Positions 1 through 12,746 are shown, numbered from the stretch's first letter. The stretch is 64,000 bases of DNA from Camelus ferus (GCF_009834535.1 NC_045707.1:49292001-49356000); one strand, 5' to 3'. Translations and numbers: made by a program. The notes: generated by a model not told the origin, from the sequence alone.

Positions 1-838
1 AGAAAGTTAAGTCTAACAAAGTATGTATAAATATTGCAAGAAAGTCAAAGACTATCCAAAATAATCTATAACTATAAGAGCTTTAGGGTAAATCATAATT
101 TTTAAATGAAGATTTAACTTTTAAATACACTGTAATAAAAATGGATCATCTGTGCAGTTGTGTGCACATTTAACATTTTGTGTGTGCGTGAATATGTGTG
201 GGTGTGTGTATACAGGAGGTAAAGAGAAAGAGAAAGGTATACTTCAACAAGTGAGAAAATTAAGGAACATTAACCTTATCATCTTAGACAGGAGTAATCT
301 AATATACCAGAAAGTAAAAATTCAGTTAGCATATTCAGAAAAGTAAAATTTTCTTGTCAAAGGATAAAAAATATAAAATCAAAAATTTGAGAAAAATTTC
401 TTCTTAAGAAGAAAGCTAGTGTTAAAGAGAAGTTATAAAGCAATCCATAGATATTTATTTTTTTCAGATGAAGTATAATTACTGGGCCTTATCTCCCAGA
501 AGATTAAGGCGGACATTAAGGCACAATTCAGAATACATTTTGCTGTGCTTTATTTTTCTTCATGGATTATATCTTTTCTAAGGCTCCTGAAACACAAAAT
601 GCAGAAAAATAAAATAATTCACATATTTACTAAAAATCCTGTCTTTATCCTTTTGAAATAAAATGTAGGTAGACATTATATTCACTTCCATTGTTATGAA
701 ATATGTTTTGATGATACATGAAATCATAAAATATGGGTAATGGAAGATAAAATAAAACCTTATAAATTACTCCTGTGTATTCTTTCAATATATATAATAA
801 ATTTGTGGAAAATTATATTTTTTTTCCTTCTTTCTGAC

Positions 839-932
839 CTCCTCTGGGTATTTATTCCCTACGCATATATAATCCAAGTGTAATTTCTCCAGATGATGAA
901 GTGTTTTCTTTTGCTGATTCTCTTCCTCTAAG
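839..932 (-). pseudogene. Relic 3' exon (LEEENQQKKTLHHLEKLHLDYICVGNKYPEE)
   Basis: Acceptor tactttattcag. Phase-2 join gives FEVKTLQNLEEE, compare DENND2B FEQRVEQYLEE. Donor GAG|gtcaga could splice to the acceptor at 587, giving EP*. Confidence 0.5.
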
Positions 933-964
933 CTGAATAAAGTAAATACATATATATATGAAAA

Positions 965-1002
965 GTGTGTGTGTGTATGTGTGTGTGTGTGTGTGTGTGT
1001 GT
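965..1002 (+). repeat. (TG)n microsatellite
   Basis: Direct reading; one interruption. Confidence 0.95.
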
Positions 1003-1419
1003 ATCTATAGATATATGCCCTGGCTTCATTACTGGCCATGATAAGGTAACTATTGATGGACAATTAGTTGTCCTTCCACATATAACTACAAACCTGTATG
1101 AAGTAACTGTCAGTAGCCATTGAACAATGGGCAGCAAAAGACCAAATCCCTGAGAGAAAGGAAATTCAAGGTTATTAGCTTGGTAATCACCCTGGATATT
1201 TACACAGGGACAATTTCCTAATGATTGCACAGGAACTTAGAGACCAAGCAAAGGACAAAGAGCTTCTGAGCTGAAGAGGTGTACTTTAGCAGCTGGTACT
1301 GCTGAAGGAGTTGGAATCTTTGGGACGGGGAGCCAGAGAAAAAGGGAGCAATATGTAAGTAGGGTTACATGGAGTTTACCCAGGAAAGCAAGATTAGTTT
1401 AACATTCTAACATTAAAAG

Positions 1420-2175
1420 TTATATATTAACAGAATAAAAGATAAAATAATTTTGTCATTTCAGTAGATGCAGAAGATATTTTAAAAAAAATAGCATCTA
1501 CTCACAATAAAAACTTATGGGAAAACAGAAATAAAAGGGAACTTCTGCAAACTGATAACAGGCATGTAATAAAAACCTACAGCTAACATGCTGAATGGCA
1601 AACCACTGGCTGCTCTCCCTCTAAGATATGAAACGAGGCAAACCTACTCCTCAGCATTTATTCAGGAAAAATAAATAGTAAAGCCCACAAAATCCCACAA
1701 GCATTAATGTTTATGGCAACTTTATTTACATTAGCCCCAAACTGGAAACAAGCCAAATGCCAACAATAGGCAAGTGGAAAAAAGAAGTGTGGTATACTCA
1801 TAAAGTGACGTGATACCTATCAATAAAGAGCAATTAACTGATAACCACAATGGATGGATCTCAAAAATATTATGCTAAGTGAAAGAAGGCAGATATAAGA
1901 GCATATTTTTGTATTATTTCATTTAGATGACATTCTGAAATAGTTATAGCCAACCCATAGTGACAGAAATAGTTCAATAGTTGCTTAGTGACAAGGATGA
2001 GGGGGGGACTGATAACAAAGTGTCCAGTGGGAATTTTCCTGAGTGATGGAAATGTTGTATATCTTGACTCTGGTAGTGACTACGTGGAGTCATACATTTG
2101 TCACAACTAATCCAGCTCTACTCTAAAAATGTATGCCTCAACATTGTAAGTAAATTATACCTAGATAAAGTTAAC
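1420..2175 (+). mobile_element. Old L1 (L1ME-like) ORF2 and 3'UTR fragments
   Basis: ccccaaactggaaacaagccaaatgcc, tggatctcaaaaatattatgctaagtgaaagaag, gtgatggaaatgttgtatatcttga. Confidence 0.8.
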
Positions 2176-2759
2176 TAACAGGTGTAAATATAAAGCATGC
2201 ACTTTTCTGAACTCAAACATAAAAATTTGGTTTATTTTACCTTGATGCAATTATCATAAGAAACAGAAGCAACCATACTTTGTTACCTGTTGGCTCTTGG
2301 AAAGATCTTTGGGTCAGGCAGAAGAGGCTCTGTTCAGTTCTACAGGTAATTATTGGGTGTCTGCAATCTGCCTGGAATCATGCAAGAAATCCAGGACATA
2401 ATAATGCACAGGACATTGTGTCCATAGAGTCTAATGAAAAACTAGGACACTAGGACATTCAGCAAGTAACTGAACATTACTAAGTTTCCACGAATGCAAA
2501 CTAGGATATTCCACAATGATGCTCTAAGTAGGTAAAGTACACAAACCAACAGTCCTGGAAAATAATACAGTCTTAATAAATCGTAGTTTTAAAAATTATT
2601 AGAAAAATAAAAGCAAACAAAATAAAATCCATATCGTAAAAGGAATAAAAAATTTTTATTTTTAAGTGATAGAACACTGTAAAAACAGTAGCATAAAATA
2701 TATGACAAGAAATGTGGCCCAAATAGATGGGCATATTCTTTAAAACTTCCAAAAAACAA

Positions 2760-3480
2760 ATTATCATGTTACATAAACTTATAGAGAGTATAAAGTAGTA
2801 GGAATTTCCTAATTCAACTTACCAAGCTGTTGTGACTCCAATACTAACACCTGATTAAGATAGCTTACAGAAGAGTAAACTAGAGTATACGTTGACCTAC
2901 AAATATAGATGTATTTATTCTATATAAATTATTAGTAAATCAATCCCAATAGTAAAATAATACAACTTGATGAGGAGAGTTTATTCCAGGAATAGAATAG
3001 TTCAACATTAGGAAATCCATTAATGCTTTGCTTGACATTAATAATTTAAAGAAGGGGAAAAAAAGCTTATGATTATCTCTAAGGATTCCAAAAAAGCAAA
3101 CGATAAAATTCAAGATCCATTTTGATTTTTAAAAGCTTTTAGTAAGTTAGAAATTAAATATTACTTTATAATCATTACTTTCAATAATATAATTTTATGC
3201 TTAGAAAATCTGAGATAATCACTTGATAAATATCCAGAATACTGAGTGCTTCATTACAAATGTCTGCATACATGGTAAGTACATATTTTAAAATCATTAG
3301 TTATCTTTTGTGCCAGCTATTACTTATCAGAAAAAAATTAAAGGCCCAAAATTTAAATAACCTAAGAATAAAATTAACAAAATTTTCTGGGGACTTATAG
3401 GAAGAAAACTGAAAAACTTCATTTAGAAACTTAAAGAAATAAAGAAAAGAGAAAAATAGTATTACAGTGCTGAATATTTT
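2760..3480 (+). mobile_element. Highly decayed L1 ORF2 fragments
   Basis: gagtttattccaggaatagaatagttcaacattaggaaatccattaat and other RT-region remnants. Confidence 0.7.
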
Positions 3481-4138
3481 CCAAAGTAATTATTCTTCCT
3501 GGAATTGTAATTGTTTATCATGTACTATATACTAATTTCTACCATTGTTTTCTAGCTCTTTCATAGGAAGCATCTACCTAGCTTTCAAAACCAAGAACAA
3601 AATTCTCCCCTTCCTAAATTTTTCATTAAAGTCTCAGTTATTCTATCTTCTGGTTTTCCACGGCCATTTCTCCAGACATCCTAAACTGCTGCTGTTGTTG
3701 CTGTTTTGTTGACAACTACTTTACATGCCTATTACTCTCTGTTAACAGAGGTCTTAACTGAGCCTAGAATATAGCTGGCATAGATAGTCAATACTTTCTG
3801 CTGATTAAATATTTAGAACCTAAATCCATGTAAAAGCTTTCTGAATTGTTACTGGGAGCACAGTTTCTTATTTCAGTTATTTCTGGAAATACTTAAAGCA
3901 CAAAACAGATTATATTCCGTATAGTTAAGAGAAAATGCTCTTACTTATTTTCAATTTTAAATGTGTAGATTTCTGACAATCACTGAGGGATCACCAGATT
4001 CAAAATGCGTTCATCTAACCTATGTATAAAGACCGAACACATAAACCAATCACGTCTCAGTTTCCCCAGTCATGGAATTCAGCAGATCCTTTGATTTTAT
4101 TTCTCTTCACAAAACCTTCATTGTCTCCCCATGCTTAC

Positions 4139-4201
4139 ATTTAAGATTCTATAGTTGCAGACTTCTGAGAATGCTCTGCCTTTGCCTATGTCTGAGTTCA
4201 C
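4139..4201 (-). other. 63-nt exon-like cassette (VNSDIGKGRAFSEVCNYRILN in phase 0)
   Basis: Strong acceptor ccatatcttcag and donor AAT|gtaagc. Not phase-compatible with the main phase-2 relic path. Confidence 0.35.
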
Positions 4202-4405
4202 CTGAAGATATGGAAGACAACTATTTACGTGCTTGAAACTTTCCCACTTCAGTGCCTCTCTGCCTCTGACCCCAAGGATTCCTCTGACACCAGGGGAGCT
4301 GGCTGCAGAGGCACCTGAAGGTCCTGAGGGCAACCATAAGCCAATGTTGTACCCCTCCTCAGCCCGCCAAGGGACAATTCTAAATTCTCTCTCTTGCTTA
4401 GTTAC

Positions 4406-4471
4406 TTTTGCAGTGTTTTCACCTCAAAGAAGTCCTTGAGTAATATAAATTCAGTTTTTTCTTTTATAAAC
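4406..4471 (-). pseudogene. Relic exon, end of dDENN (FIKEKTEFILLKDFFEVKTLQ)
   Basis: Acceptor atttcatttag, donor AA|gtaact, 66 nt, only one open frame, phase 2-2. Resembles DENND2 FIQDRE...GLFEQRV. Confidence 0.6.
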
Positions 4472-4883
4472 CTAAATGAAATGTGTGACATTAAATCCAT
4501 TGAAAACATAAAGCTAAAGCTAGAACAGTACACCCTGTTAACCAACTTTCTACCCACACATGAACTACAGCACTTTAGGGAACCATATTTGGTTTATATC
4601 AGTGCAGAAGTAAATAGTGTCTAAAGTTTATACATTCCTATATATATGTAATATGTATGTGTGTACATTTACATAAAAATTTTAAAGACTCTAACTCCAA
4701 GAGTCAGTCTATTATTGTGTTAGCCTGCTTTGAGGCATCTTGCTATATTTAATGATGATTTTCATAGATAATCTATAAACTCAGAAGAATTTCATCCAAC
4801 ATATTTTAAATCTATGACAATAAATTTTGCATTTGGTGAAAATACACATTTCTGAATGGTGTCAAAAATGGCCATCGACTTAC

Positions 4884-5127
4884 TTTTCAAAAGAACTTCT
4901 AACAAATATTCCTAACTCTGTGTTCTTGAAGGCTCTTTGCCAGTTTCTTGAATTTTTTATATCATTGAATATTTTTTTGCTTTTGCCCAGTCAATTAATA
5001 TTGACAATGAGCCAACAATAGACTTCTTACTAATATAAATGCTTCTACTATTTGACAAAACTCAATATACTTACTGTTTCTTAGAATTAAATTTGCCTCT
5101 ATATTTATGAAAAACAGACTATTCTTT
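4884..5127 (-). pseudogene. Relic exon, dDENN-like (..QIVEAFIL / SIVGSLSILI / ..GIFVRSSFE)
   Basis: Acceptor aacttcag, donor AAA|gtaagt. VEAFI..IVG resembles DENND2A SEAFVRFFVEIVG. Needs two frameshifts. Ends phase 2 and joins 4406-4471. Confidence 0.55.
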
Positions 5128-6279
5128 CTGAAGTTTACAATGTTCTTTACACACAGGTGTTGGAATTATGCTTTGGCATTTGAAAATATCACAAACTTAA
5201 AGGTTTTATATTTCTCCTTAAATGAGTATCTACTTTGAAAAATTTCTACATAAATTTATTATCAAGTAAAGCAACAGATTAAGTCTAAATTGTTTTAGAA
5301 GAACAGAAAATACTCGTTTATGTTAGTCACATTTTAAAGTTATGGACTATAATGTTTCACTAAAATCTGGGTGAATTATTTTGCAACTGCAGCAGATTAT
5401 ATTGTTTCACTTTTGTTTTCTTCCTCAGAATCATACGTGCTGAGTATTTAGCTCGATAGCCTTCTCAAAAAGGGGACCAATACAATGCCACTCTAAATTT
5501 GGAAAGATTGTATTATTAGTAACAATATTTTCTATGTAACTTCTAATAAAAGAGCACTGAAATATGAGAAGTTGGAAAATTAACAGGTATTATAAAGAGA
5601 ACTGAAGTAAAGTGGATCTTCTCTTGGTTTTCTCTTATATTGGACTATGTATCCTTCATGTGAACTATTCTTTTTTGAGGGCTATTCCTTTGGGCCTCCT
5701 CTACCTTTATATCCTAGCAGCAGGATATGAAGATGACAGCCTCCATGCCAGGAAGGCAAGCTAGACCAGAGCAGTGTTTCAAGAAAGAAAAATACTAAAA
5801 AGGAAAGTTACTGAAACTGTTTTTCCTCATTAAAGAGTTTTCTCATTAAAGAAAAGACTTTCTTTTTGTATTATTAATTACCATCCTTCACCTACTGTTA
5901 TGGTATTACACATTATCCTGAGGCTGAAGACTAGAGCATGGGAGAAGTATCAGATCACTCAGTCTAACTCTAACCCCCGCTTTAGGTGAAGACTGTAGAA
6001 GCCCAGCCTGACTCTCCAAAGCAGGAGACCACACAGAAACTTGGGAATCAAAGCCAAAGTCATAGGGCAATGTTCTAAAAGAAAAAGCATAAGCCATTTA
6101 TCACAATTGTTTATAGACCTTTTTAAAAATTAGAATCTTGAGTTTGATCTAGTGAATAGGTCATCTGAACAACAGACTCAGGGTATTAAAAAAAAAAAAA
6201 AGACTCTGGAAATGATTCAGTTTTGTAGCCAGGATGGAGAATAACTGGTCTAGCTTATGATAAAGAATGTGTATTTTCA

Positions 6280-6431
6280 TTAAATGACATTTTCCCATGA
6301 AATCCATGGAAATTCCTACATAAAATTTCCATGAACCTGATATAATGGTAGGTATCAGAATGAAATTCCATGATAAATCAGAATCTGATTTTGACATCAT
6401 TTTGTGTAATTGACTGACTTCTAATATTTGC
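6280..6431 (-). pseudogene. Relic exon, cDENN core (QILEVSQLHKMMSKSDSDLSWNFILIPTIISGSWKFYVGISMDF)
   Basis: Acceptor taattttag. SWxxxxIP...FxVG resembles DENN PFSWQHTFIPVLP...PFLVG. Donor not identified, so the start coordinate is approximate. Confidence 0.55.
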
Positions 6432-6660
6432 CTAAAATTAGCCTGGATAAGATATATTATTGACCAGGTCTGGATAATAAAGACTGTACCTAACCTCACT
6501 TATCTAATTGCAAAAAATAAAAAGATGAAAAAATGAACTCTAAGGCAGCATACAACTTTAAGTTATATTTTGTTTTTTATGTATACTTTTAACATAATAG
6601 TTGCATTATTTTAAACAAGGTATAAGTTAACTTTATTGCACTTTAACCAGACTTTTCTGC

Positions 6661-7325
6661 AGCATGGAGATTCCTCAAAAAACTAAAAATAGAGTTACCA
6701 TATGATCCAGCAATCCCACTCCTGGGCATATATCCAGAGGGAACCTTAATTCAAAAAGATACATGCACCCCAATGTTCATTGCAGCACTATTTACAAGGC
6801 TAAGACATGGAAACAACTTCAATGTCCATCAACAGATGACTGGATAAAAAAACTGTGGTATATTTTTACAATGGAATGCTACTCAGCCATAAAAAATAAT
6901 AAAATAATGCCATTTGCAGCAACATGGATGGAACTAGATATTTCATTCTAAGTGAAATGAGCCAGAAAGAGAAGGAAAAATACCATATGATTCACTTATA
7001 TATAGAATCTTAAAAAAAAAAAAGACAAACTGATTTGCAAAACAGAAACAGACTCTCAGACATACAGAACAAACTTGTAGTTACCAGACTGAAGAGAGGT
7101 GGGAGGGAATAAATTAGCAGTTTGAGATTTGCAGATACTAATATACATAAAATAGATAAACAACAAGTTCATGCTGTATAGTGCAGGGAACTATATTCAA
7201 TATCTTGTAATAACTTATGGTGAAAAAAATATGAAAACGAATATATACACGTTTATGTATGACTGAAGCATTGTGTTTTACATCAGAAATTGATACAATA
7301 TTGTAAACTGATTATACTTCAATTA
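6661..7325 (+). mobile_element. 5'-truncated L1 (ORF2 C-terminus plus 3'UTR), relatively young
   Basis: ORF 6763..6951 KTWKQLQCPSTDDWIKKLWYI is the L1 ORF2 C-terminus. 3'UTR is followed by a (TA)n tail. Confidence 0.92.
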
Positions 7326-7943
7326 TATATATAATTTTTTATATATATATATACATATATAAAATATGTCTTATCCCTTTATTAATCATTTAGGATGCAT
7401 TTTTGCTGTTAGTATTCCATTGTACTTGCATATAAAATTTTTATTTCATGTCTCTCCTGAGTCAGAAGAGTCAAGGGCAACAATGACAATGGTAACATAT
7501 AATTTATTGTCAAAATGGTGACATTATTAATATTTATGCCAGGACTACAGGTGTAAAGTTAAACTATGCCAGACAACTGGAACATGTAGTTATCTTATCA
7601 GTGGTCCTAGACTAATGCCTAGATCCCTATGGAGAGTACCTATATTATCTTTTTTAAAATAAGTAGAAATTCTTTCTTAATGCAAACAAGTATTCTCAAT
7701 ATGTTTTCATTTAATATTAATAATTGCATACTGATTTTTTTCAAAGTCTGCCATTGTTTACTAAATAGATGGTAGAAGAAAAATATATGTAAGTTAGATA
7801 CAGACTTTCCTCATGTCATCAATCCCTCTGTATCATCTGTTAGTTGTTTTCTTACTGACAGTGGCCAGAAAGGACACCTACAATAATCCCTCTGTGCCCT
7901 CACTGGGGGAAGGTGTGCACATCCCCTCTCAGATCACACTCAC

Positions 7944-8228
7944 ACAGGTTTTTGTCAGCAAACTTTCAGCAAAGAAATGTACTGAATTCACTGTTCCAAT
8001 CTGAAGAAAACTTGTGACAAACTTTGAAAGTGCTACCCGTTCTTGCTAAGATTTTATAGACCACTATAAGCCATCCTTCTCTGAAATTGATTTTCTTCAG
8101 ATTGGTCAAGAAAAGGATATGACATTTAAAGCTGTTTTTATTTTCAAATGTTAGACAGAAAGGATATATATCAGACACAGACACAGACATATATGATCTG
8201 ATGGATTCCATCTTAGCATTGGCTATTC
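7944..8228 (-). pseudogene. Relic exon, cDENN-like (..SVSDIYPFCLTF...FLC*KFADKNL)
   Basis: Acceptor cactttcacag, donor TGT|gtgagt. Long open frame (ORF 7966..8271) ends at TGA, possibly from CGA. IYPF and FADK resemble DENND2 motifs. An internal acceptor also lies at 8001. Confidence 0.5.
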
Positions 8229-8355
8229 CTGTGAAAGTGCATATTCTTAAACATTGTAAACACCATGTCATGACTTCAACCTATGAAGTGTTTCAAAATA
8301 ACTTCATAGAACCATAAGTTGACTCTGTACTCTCTGTCAGTCTCCATGCGCTTAC

Positions 8356-8438
8356 AAAATAAATCATAACATTAATTTTCTCCAAAGATATTAAGGATTC
8401 AAAGGTGTCTGATAAAATGTGGACAAAATCCTTAAGGA
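8356..8438 (-). pseudogene. Relic exon (LKDFVHILSDTFESLISLEKINVMIYF)
   Basis: Acceptor cattttccag, donor TTT|gtaagc, 83 nt, open frame. Confidence 0.5.
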
Positions 8439-8469
8439 CTGGAAAATGTTTGAGAAATAAGGGACAGAT

Positions 8470-11400
8470 ACTCTGAGACCTGAGGGGAAAATGCCTGACC
8501 AGCCCAACCATGCCTGTGAAGGCAAGTCCATAGATCACAGTCTGATTCAGATATCGAAGCAGTCCTATAACCCAGCTCCAATCCCTCTCAGCCATACTCC
8601 TCTAGGAGTGGTCCTGATGTCCCAGGACCCAGAGGGAGACATGTCCTAATATGCCACTAGAGACAGCTTCACTGACCTTAGTCTGACTGTGGATCCTAAA
8701 GCCCTGTGGCCCAACAGCAATCTTGCTCAGCCATGGTCTGGGAACAGTCCTGTACAACCAAGAAACTAGCAGGAGGCACACCCAGCCATGGCCTGTGGGA
8801 CAGGCTTTCAGACTTTGGTCTCAGCCATGGATGCCGAAGAAGTTTTGTGACTTCATTCTAGTCCTTTTCAGCTGTGGTCAGGGGCCAATTCTGCTCACCT
8901 AGGACCTGCCCAGTGACCTATCGAGAGCACTCCCAGGGACCTGGAGGGAGCTGCATCTATGTACATGGTAACAAGCCGACCATCTGTGAACCCTAAAGCA
9001 TACCACTGTCCCTGTGCCAGCACTACTGACCAAAGTTTTGGAGGGAGTCCTATCCAGCCAAGGACAAGACAAAAATCTATGCCAGCCCAAACCTCTTGTA
9101 ATAAGCCTGTCAAATACAGACCCTATTGCAGACCCATTAGCAGCTACATGACTGGCTACAACTCAACTCACGATTGGAAATAACACCATCATCCTGAGAC
9201 CTGAGGGAATAAATCTTTACTTGCTAAATAAAACCAGTTTGTAAATGCTGTAAGAGTTATCTTACTTCTTCAAATGCACACACCAACTCAATACTACAAG
9301 GATCATGAAGAATCAGGCAAATTCAACACTGCCAAAGGAAACTAGCAAAGATCTAGTAATTAACCCTAAAATTAAAAAACTTAAAAATATGGAAAATTTG
9401 CAAATATTTGGAAAATAAACAAGATGCTCCTGAACAACCCATGAGGTAAAAAAGAAATCAAAAGGAAATTTCAATGGCATCTTAAGACAAACATAAATAG
9501 AAACACAACATACCCAACACTTATATGATATAGCAAAAGCAGTTCTAAAAGGGAAGTTTTTATAAATGTCTAAATTAAGAAAAAAAAAGATATTACATAA
9601 ACAACCTAGGTGTATACCTCAAGGAATTAGGGGAAAAAAGTAAGTCAAAGTTAACAGAAAAAGAAAATAATGATGATCAGAGCAGAAACAGATAAAATAA
9701 GAGACTAGAAAAACAACAGAAAAGATCAATGAAACTAAGAGCTATTCTTTTAAGAAGATAAACAACATAGATGACCTTTTAGCTACACTAACCAAGAAAG
9801 AGAGGGGATTCAAATCCACAAAATTAAAATTAAAGAGAAAACATACAGATATACAGAATACAAAAAATCATGAGAATACTATCAATAATTTTATGACAAC
9901 ACAATTAATAACCTAGAAGAAATGGATAAATTCCTAGAAACCTACAACCCACCAAGACCAAATCATGAATAAATAGAAAATCTGAACAGACTAATAACAA
10001 ATAGATTGAAGAAGTAGTCAAAACCTCACAAAAATGAAAAGCCCAGGATCAGATGGCTTTCTAGGTGAATTCAACCAGACTTAAAGAAGAATGAACGGCA
10101 ATCCTTTTCAAACTCTTCCAAAAAATGAAAGAGGGAAACACTTCCAAACTAATTTCATGAGGCCAGCATTATTCCCATAGCAAAGCCAGATAAAAACACT
10201 ACAAGAAAAGAAAAGTATAGGCTAATATCTCTGATGAATATAGATGGAAAAAATTCCAACAAAATACTAGCAAACACAGTAAACAGTACATAAGCAGTAT
10301 CACACATCAGGATCAAATGGGATTTATCAAAATACACAAATCAATAAAAGTGATATACCATATTAAAAAAGACTAAAAAGCATATGATAAGCTCAATAGA
10401 TACAATACAAACATTTAACAAAACATAACATATTAAATATAGAAGAAATGTACTTCCACATAATAAAAGCCATATATTATAAGCCCACAGATAACTTCAT
10501 ACTCAATGGTGAGAAGCTGAAAGCTCTTTCTCTAATATCAGGAAAAAGACAACAGTGCCCACTCTCAGCACTCTTTTCAACATAGTACTGGAAATTCTAC
10601 CCAAAGCAATTAGGAAGATGAAGAAATAAAAGTTATCTGAATTGGAAAGGAAGAAGTAAATTGTCTCTGTGTGCCAATGATATCTTGTATGTACAAAATC
10701 CCCAAAACTCCACCAAAATACTGTTAGAACTAAAAAACAAATTCAGTACAGTCATAGGATACAAAATGTACATACAAAAATTAGTTGATTTTCTATACAA
10801 TAACAGTCAAATATCTGAAAAAGAAATTAAGGAAATAATCCCATTTACAAGGTTATCAAAAATAACAAAATACTTTGAAATAAATTCAACCAAGGAGGCA
10901 AAAAAGTTTGTACACTAAAACTATAAGAGAGTGTTCAAGCAAACTGAAGAAGACAAATAAATGGAAAGATATTCCATGTTCATGGATTAGACAAGTTAAT
11001 ATTATTTAAATGTCCATACTACCCATTAATACTGATGCACAGAATTCCCTATTAGAAATTCCAATGGTACTTTTCACAGAAATAGGAAAAAACAATTCTA
11101 AAATTTGTATGGAATCACAAAGATCCCATGGAGTCAAAGAAATCTTTACAACAAAGAAGCAAAACTGGAGACATCACACTTCTGGACTTTAAACTATATT
11201 GTAAAGCTATAGTAATCTAAACAGTATGATACTGACATAGAAACAGATATATAGATCAGTAGAACAGAATAGAGAATCCAGAAATAAACCCATACATACA
11301 TGATCAATTAATCTTTGACAAAGACAATGGGGAAAGGATAGTCTCTTCATTAAATGGTGTTGAGAAAACTGGATATCCACATGCCAAAGAATGAAACTGG

Positions 11401-11555
11401 ACTCCTACCTTACACCACTCACAAATTTTACCAAAATGGATTGAAGGCTTAAATGGTAAGACCTGAAACCATAAAACTCCTAGAAGAAAACTTAGAAAAA
11501 ATCTCCTTGACATTTATCTTAGCAACAAGTTTTTGGATATGACACTGTAAGCAAA
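8470..11555 (+). mobile_element. Old L1M element: 5' region, ORF1 mostly deleted, decayed ORF2, 3'-truncated
   Basis: GC-richer 5' region; ORF1 start-like sequence ~9305; ORF2 remnants such as aacctagaagaaatggataaattcctagaa, aaagcccaggatcagatggc and RT-like ORF 10661..10918. Confidence 0.9.
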
Positions 11556-11932
11556 GGATAACAGGATAGTGCCATTCTGAGTTATTAGCAATTTTGTTAA
11601 TCATAAAAATTGTTTTGAATTTTTCAAATTATTTTGAAATTTCAAAATGATTCATTTTATCTTGGTCTCTTAAAATGCTGATGTATTGATTTCCATCTTT
11701 TTAAAAATGTTTAAGAACACTACACTGTGATCTCCCCACTTGATTGTGAGCTCCTATCATTGATCATAACACCTCCAGAAGCATATCTGACATATATAAT
11801 GAGTTCTCAAAAAATATATAGCACTGAACTGAGCTCATAAACAGATGGCAATGATAATGTAAGTTAAATAAAAGCTGTGAGATATGTTTAATGATTTAGA
11901 AATACACTGAAAATAACATTTTGAGTATAAAT

Positions 11933-11957
11933 ACATATATATATATATATATATATA
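11933..11957 (+). repeat. (TA)n microsatellite
   Basis: Direct reading. Confidence 0.9.
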
Positions 11958-12207
11958 AAATTTTAGGATCTTTACTAATGTAGTGGCTTACTTCAGATTA
12001 AAATTTTAGATCTTTTATAGCTAGAGGTATTATATTTTAAAATACAAACCTATCATTAGAACTATGTTTCTTAAGTATTTTCCCCTAATCTCCCAACCAG
12101 AAAGCCTACAAAGTTTAAGTTTGGGGATCCTATAAGCTCTTAGGGATGCACATACTTTGAAAATGTTAAAAATTTGAGAGAACACGTTTGGAAGAAGGTA
12201 TTCTCAC

Positions 12208-12468
12208 CATGGTAAACACAAGTTTGCCTCTGAGTTAAGTAACAGAGAACCATTGGAGGGAAAATAATGTAAGAAACTTTCTAATTAAAATTAAAAGTAA
12301 TGGTTTTTAATCATACTCGATGTAACATTTTAAATATGTGAAATTTAAAAACAATTTCCTTTTGTATGATGCCAACAGTTGGGCATTGATTTGGGTGAGG
12401 CTATCTCCTTATCTTCAAAGGTTTCAGGTATGACAAGAGTCTTACATAACAAACTGTTTTTCCTGCCT
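12208..12468 (-). pseudogene. Relic exon region (AGKTVCYVRLL... / KVSYIIFPPMVLCYLTQRQTCVYH)
   Basis: Strong acceptor (T-run)aactccttcctctag at 12469, donor ATG|gtgaga at 12207. The last frame ends phase 1 and joins 8356-8438. Internal structure uncertain. Confidence 0.5.
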
Positions 12469-12635
12469 CTAGAGGAAGGAGTTAAAAAAAAAAAAACTCT
12501 TCATCAGAAAACGGAGGATTCATCAGAGAAGAGGGAGGATTCAGAGGAGGCTGAGACAGGAAAGGCATGGTTTTACCCATAATCCAACCCCACCTACACA
12601 TCCTTAGTCCCAACACAAGCTGGTAGATTCCTTAT

Positions 12636-12746
12636 CTGTATGTAAACTTGCTCTCTGGAGGTATCCATCTCTGTCTGATGCCAAATGTTTTGATCCAAAG
12701 CCAGGGATAAACTTGCCACTGATGTTGGTTAGAAAGGCAAAGAGAG
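12636..12746 (-). pseudogene. Relic exon, end of uDENN (LFAFLTNISGKFIPGF...)
   Basis: Acceptor ttttcctctgaaatag after a 93-nt intron. FAFLTNISG resembles the DENN FxFVLTNxDG motif. The probable donor is decayed (CAG|ataagg). Confidence 0.65.

Noticed and set aside
2287..2339. 53-nt exon-like segment (tgtag ... CAG|gtaaca)
   Set aside because: Weak pyrimidine tract, breaks the relic frame, no motif.
4139..4471. RUN-domain reading (EVKTLQK-VNSDIGKGRAF resembles the RUN GxGRAF/W motif)
   Set aside because: The junction needed gives an immediate stop, and the flanking exons fit dDENN better. Likely chance, though a RUN HMM test is cheap.
6305..6333. 10-bp inverted repeat catggaaatt/aatttccatg
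   Set aside because: Short and AT-rich; expected by chance in 64 kb.
11631..11648. 18-bp palindrome attttgaaatttcaaaat
   Set aside because: Low-complexity A/T sequence with no supporting context.
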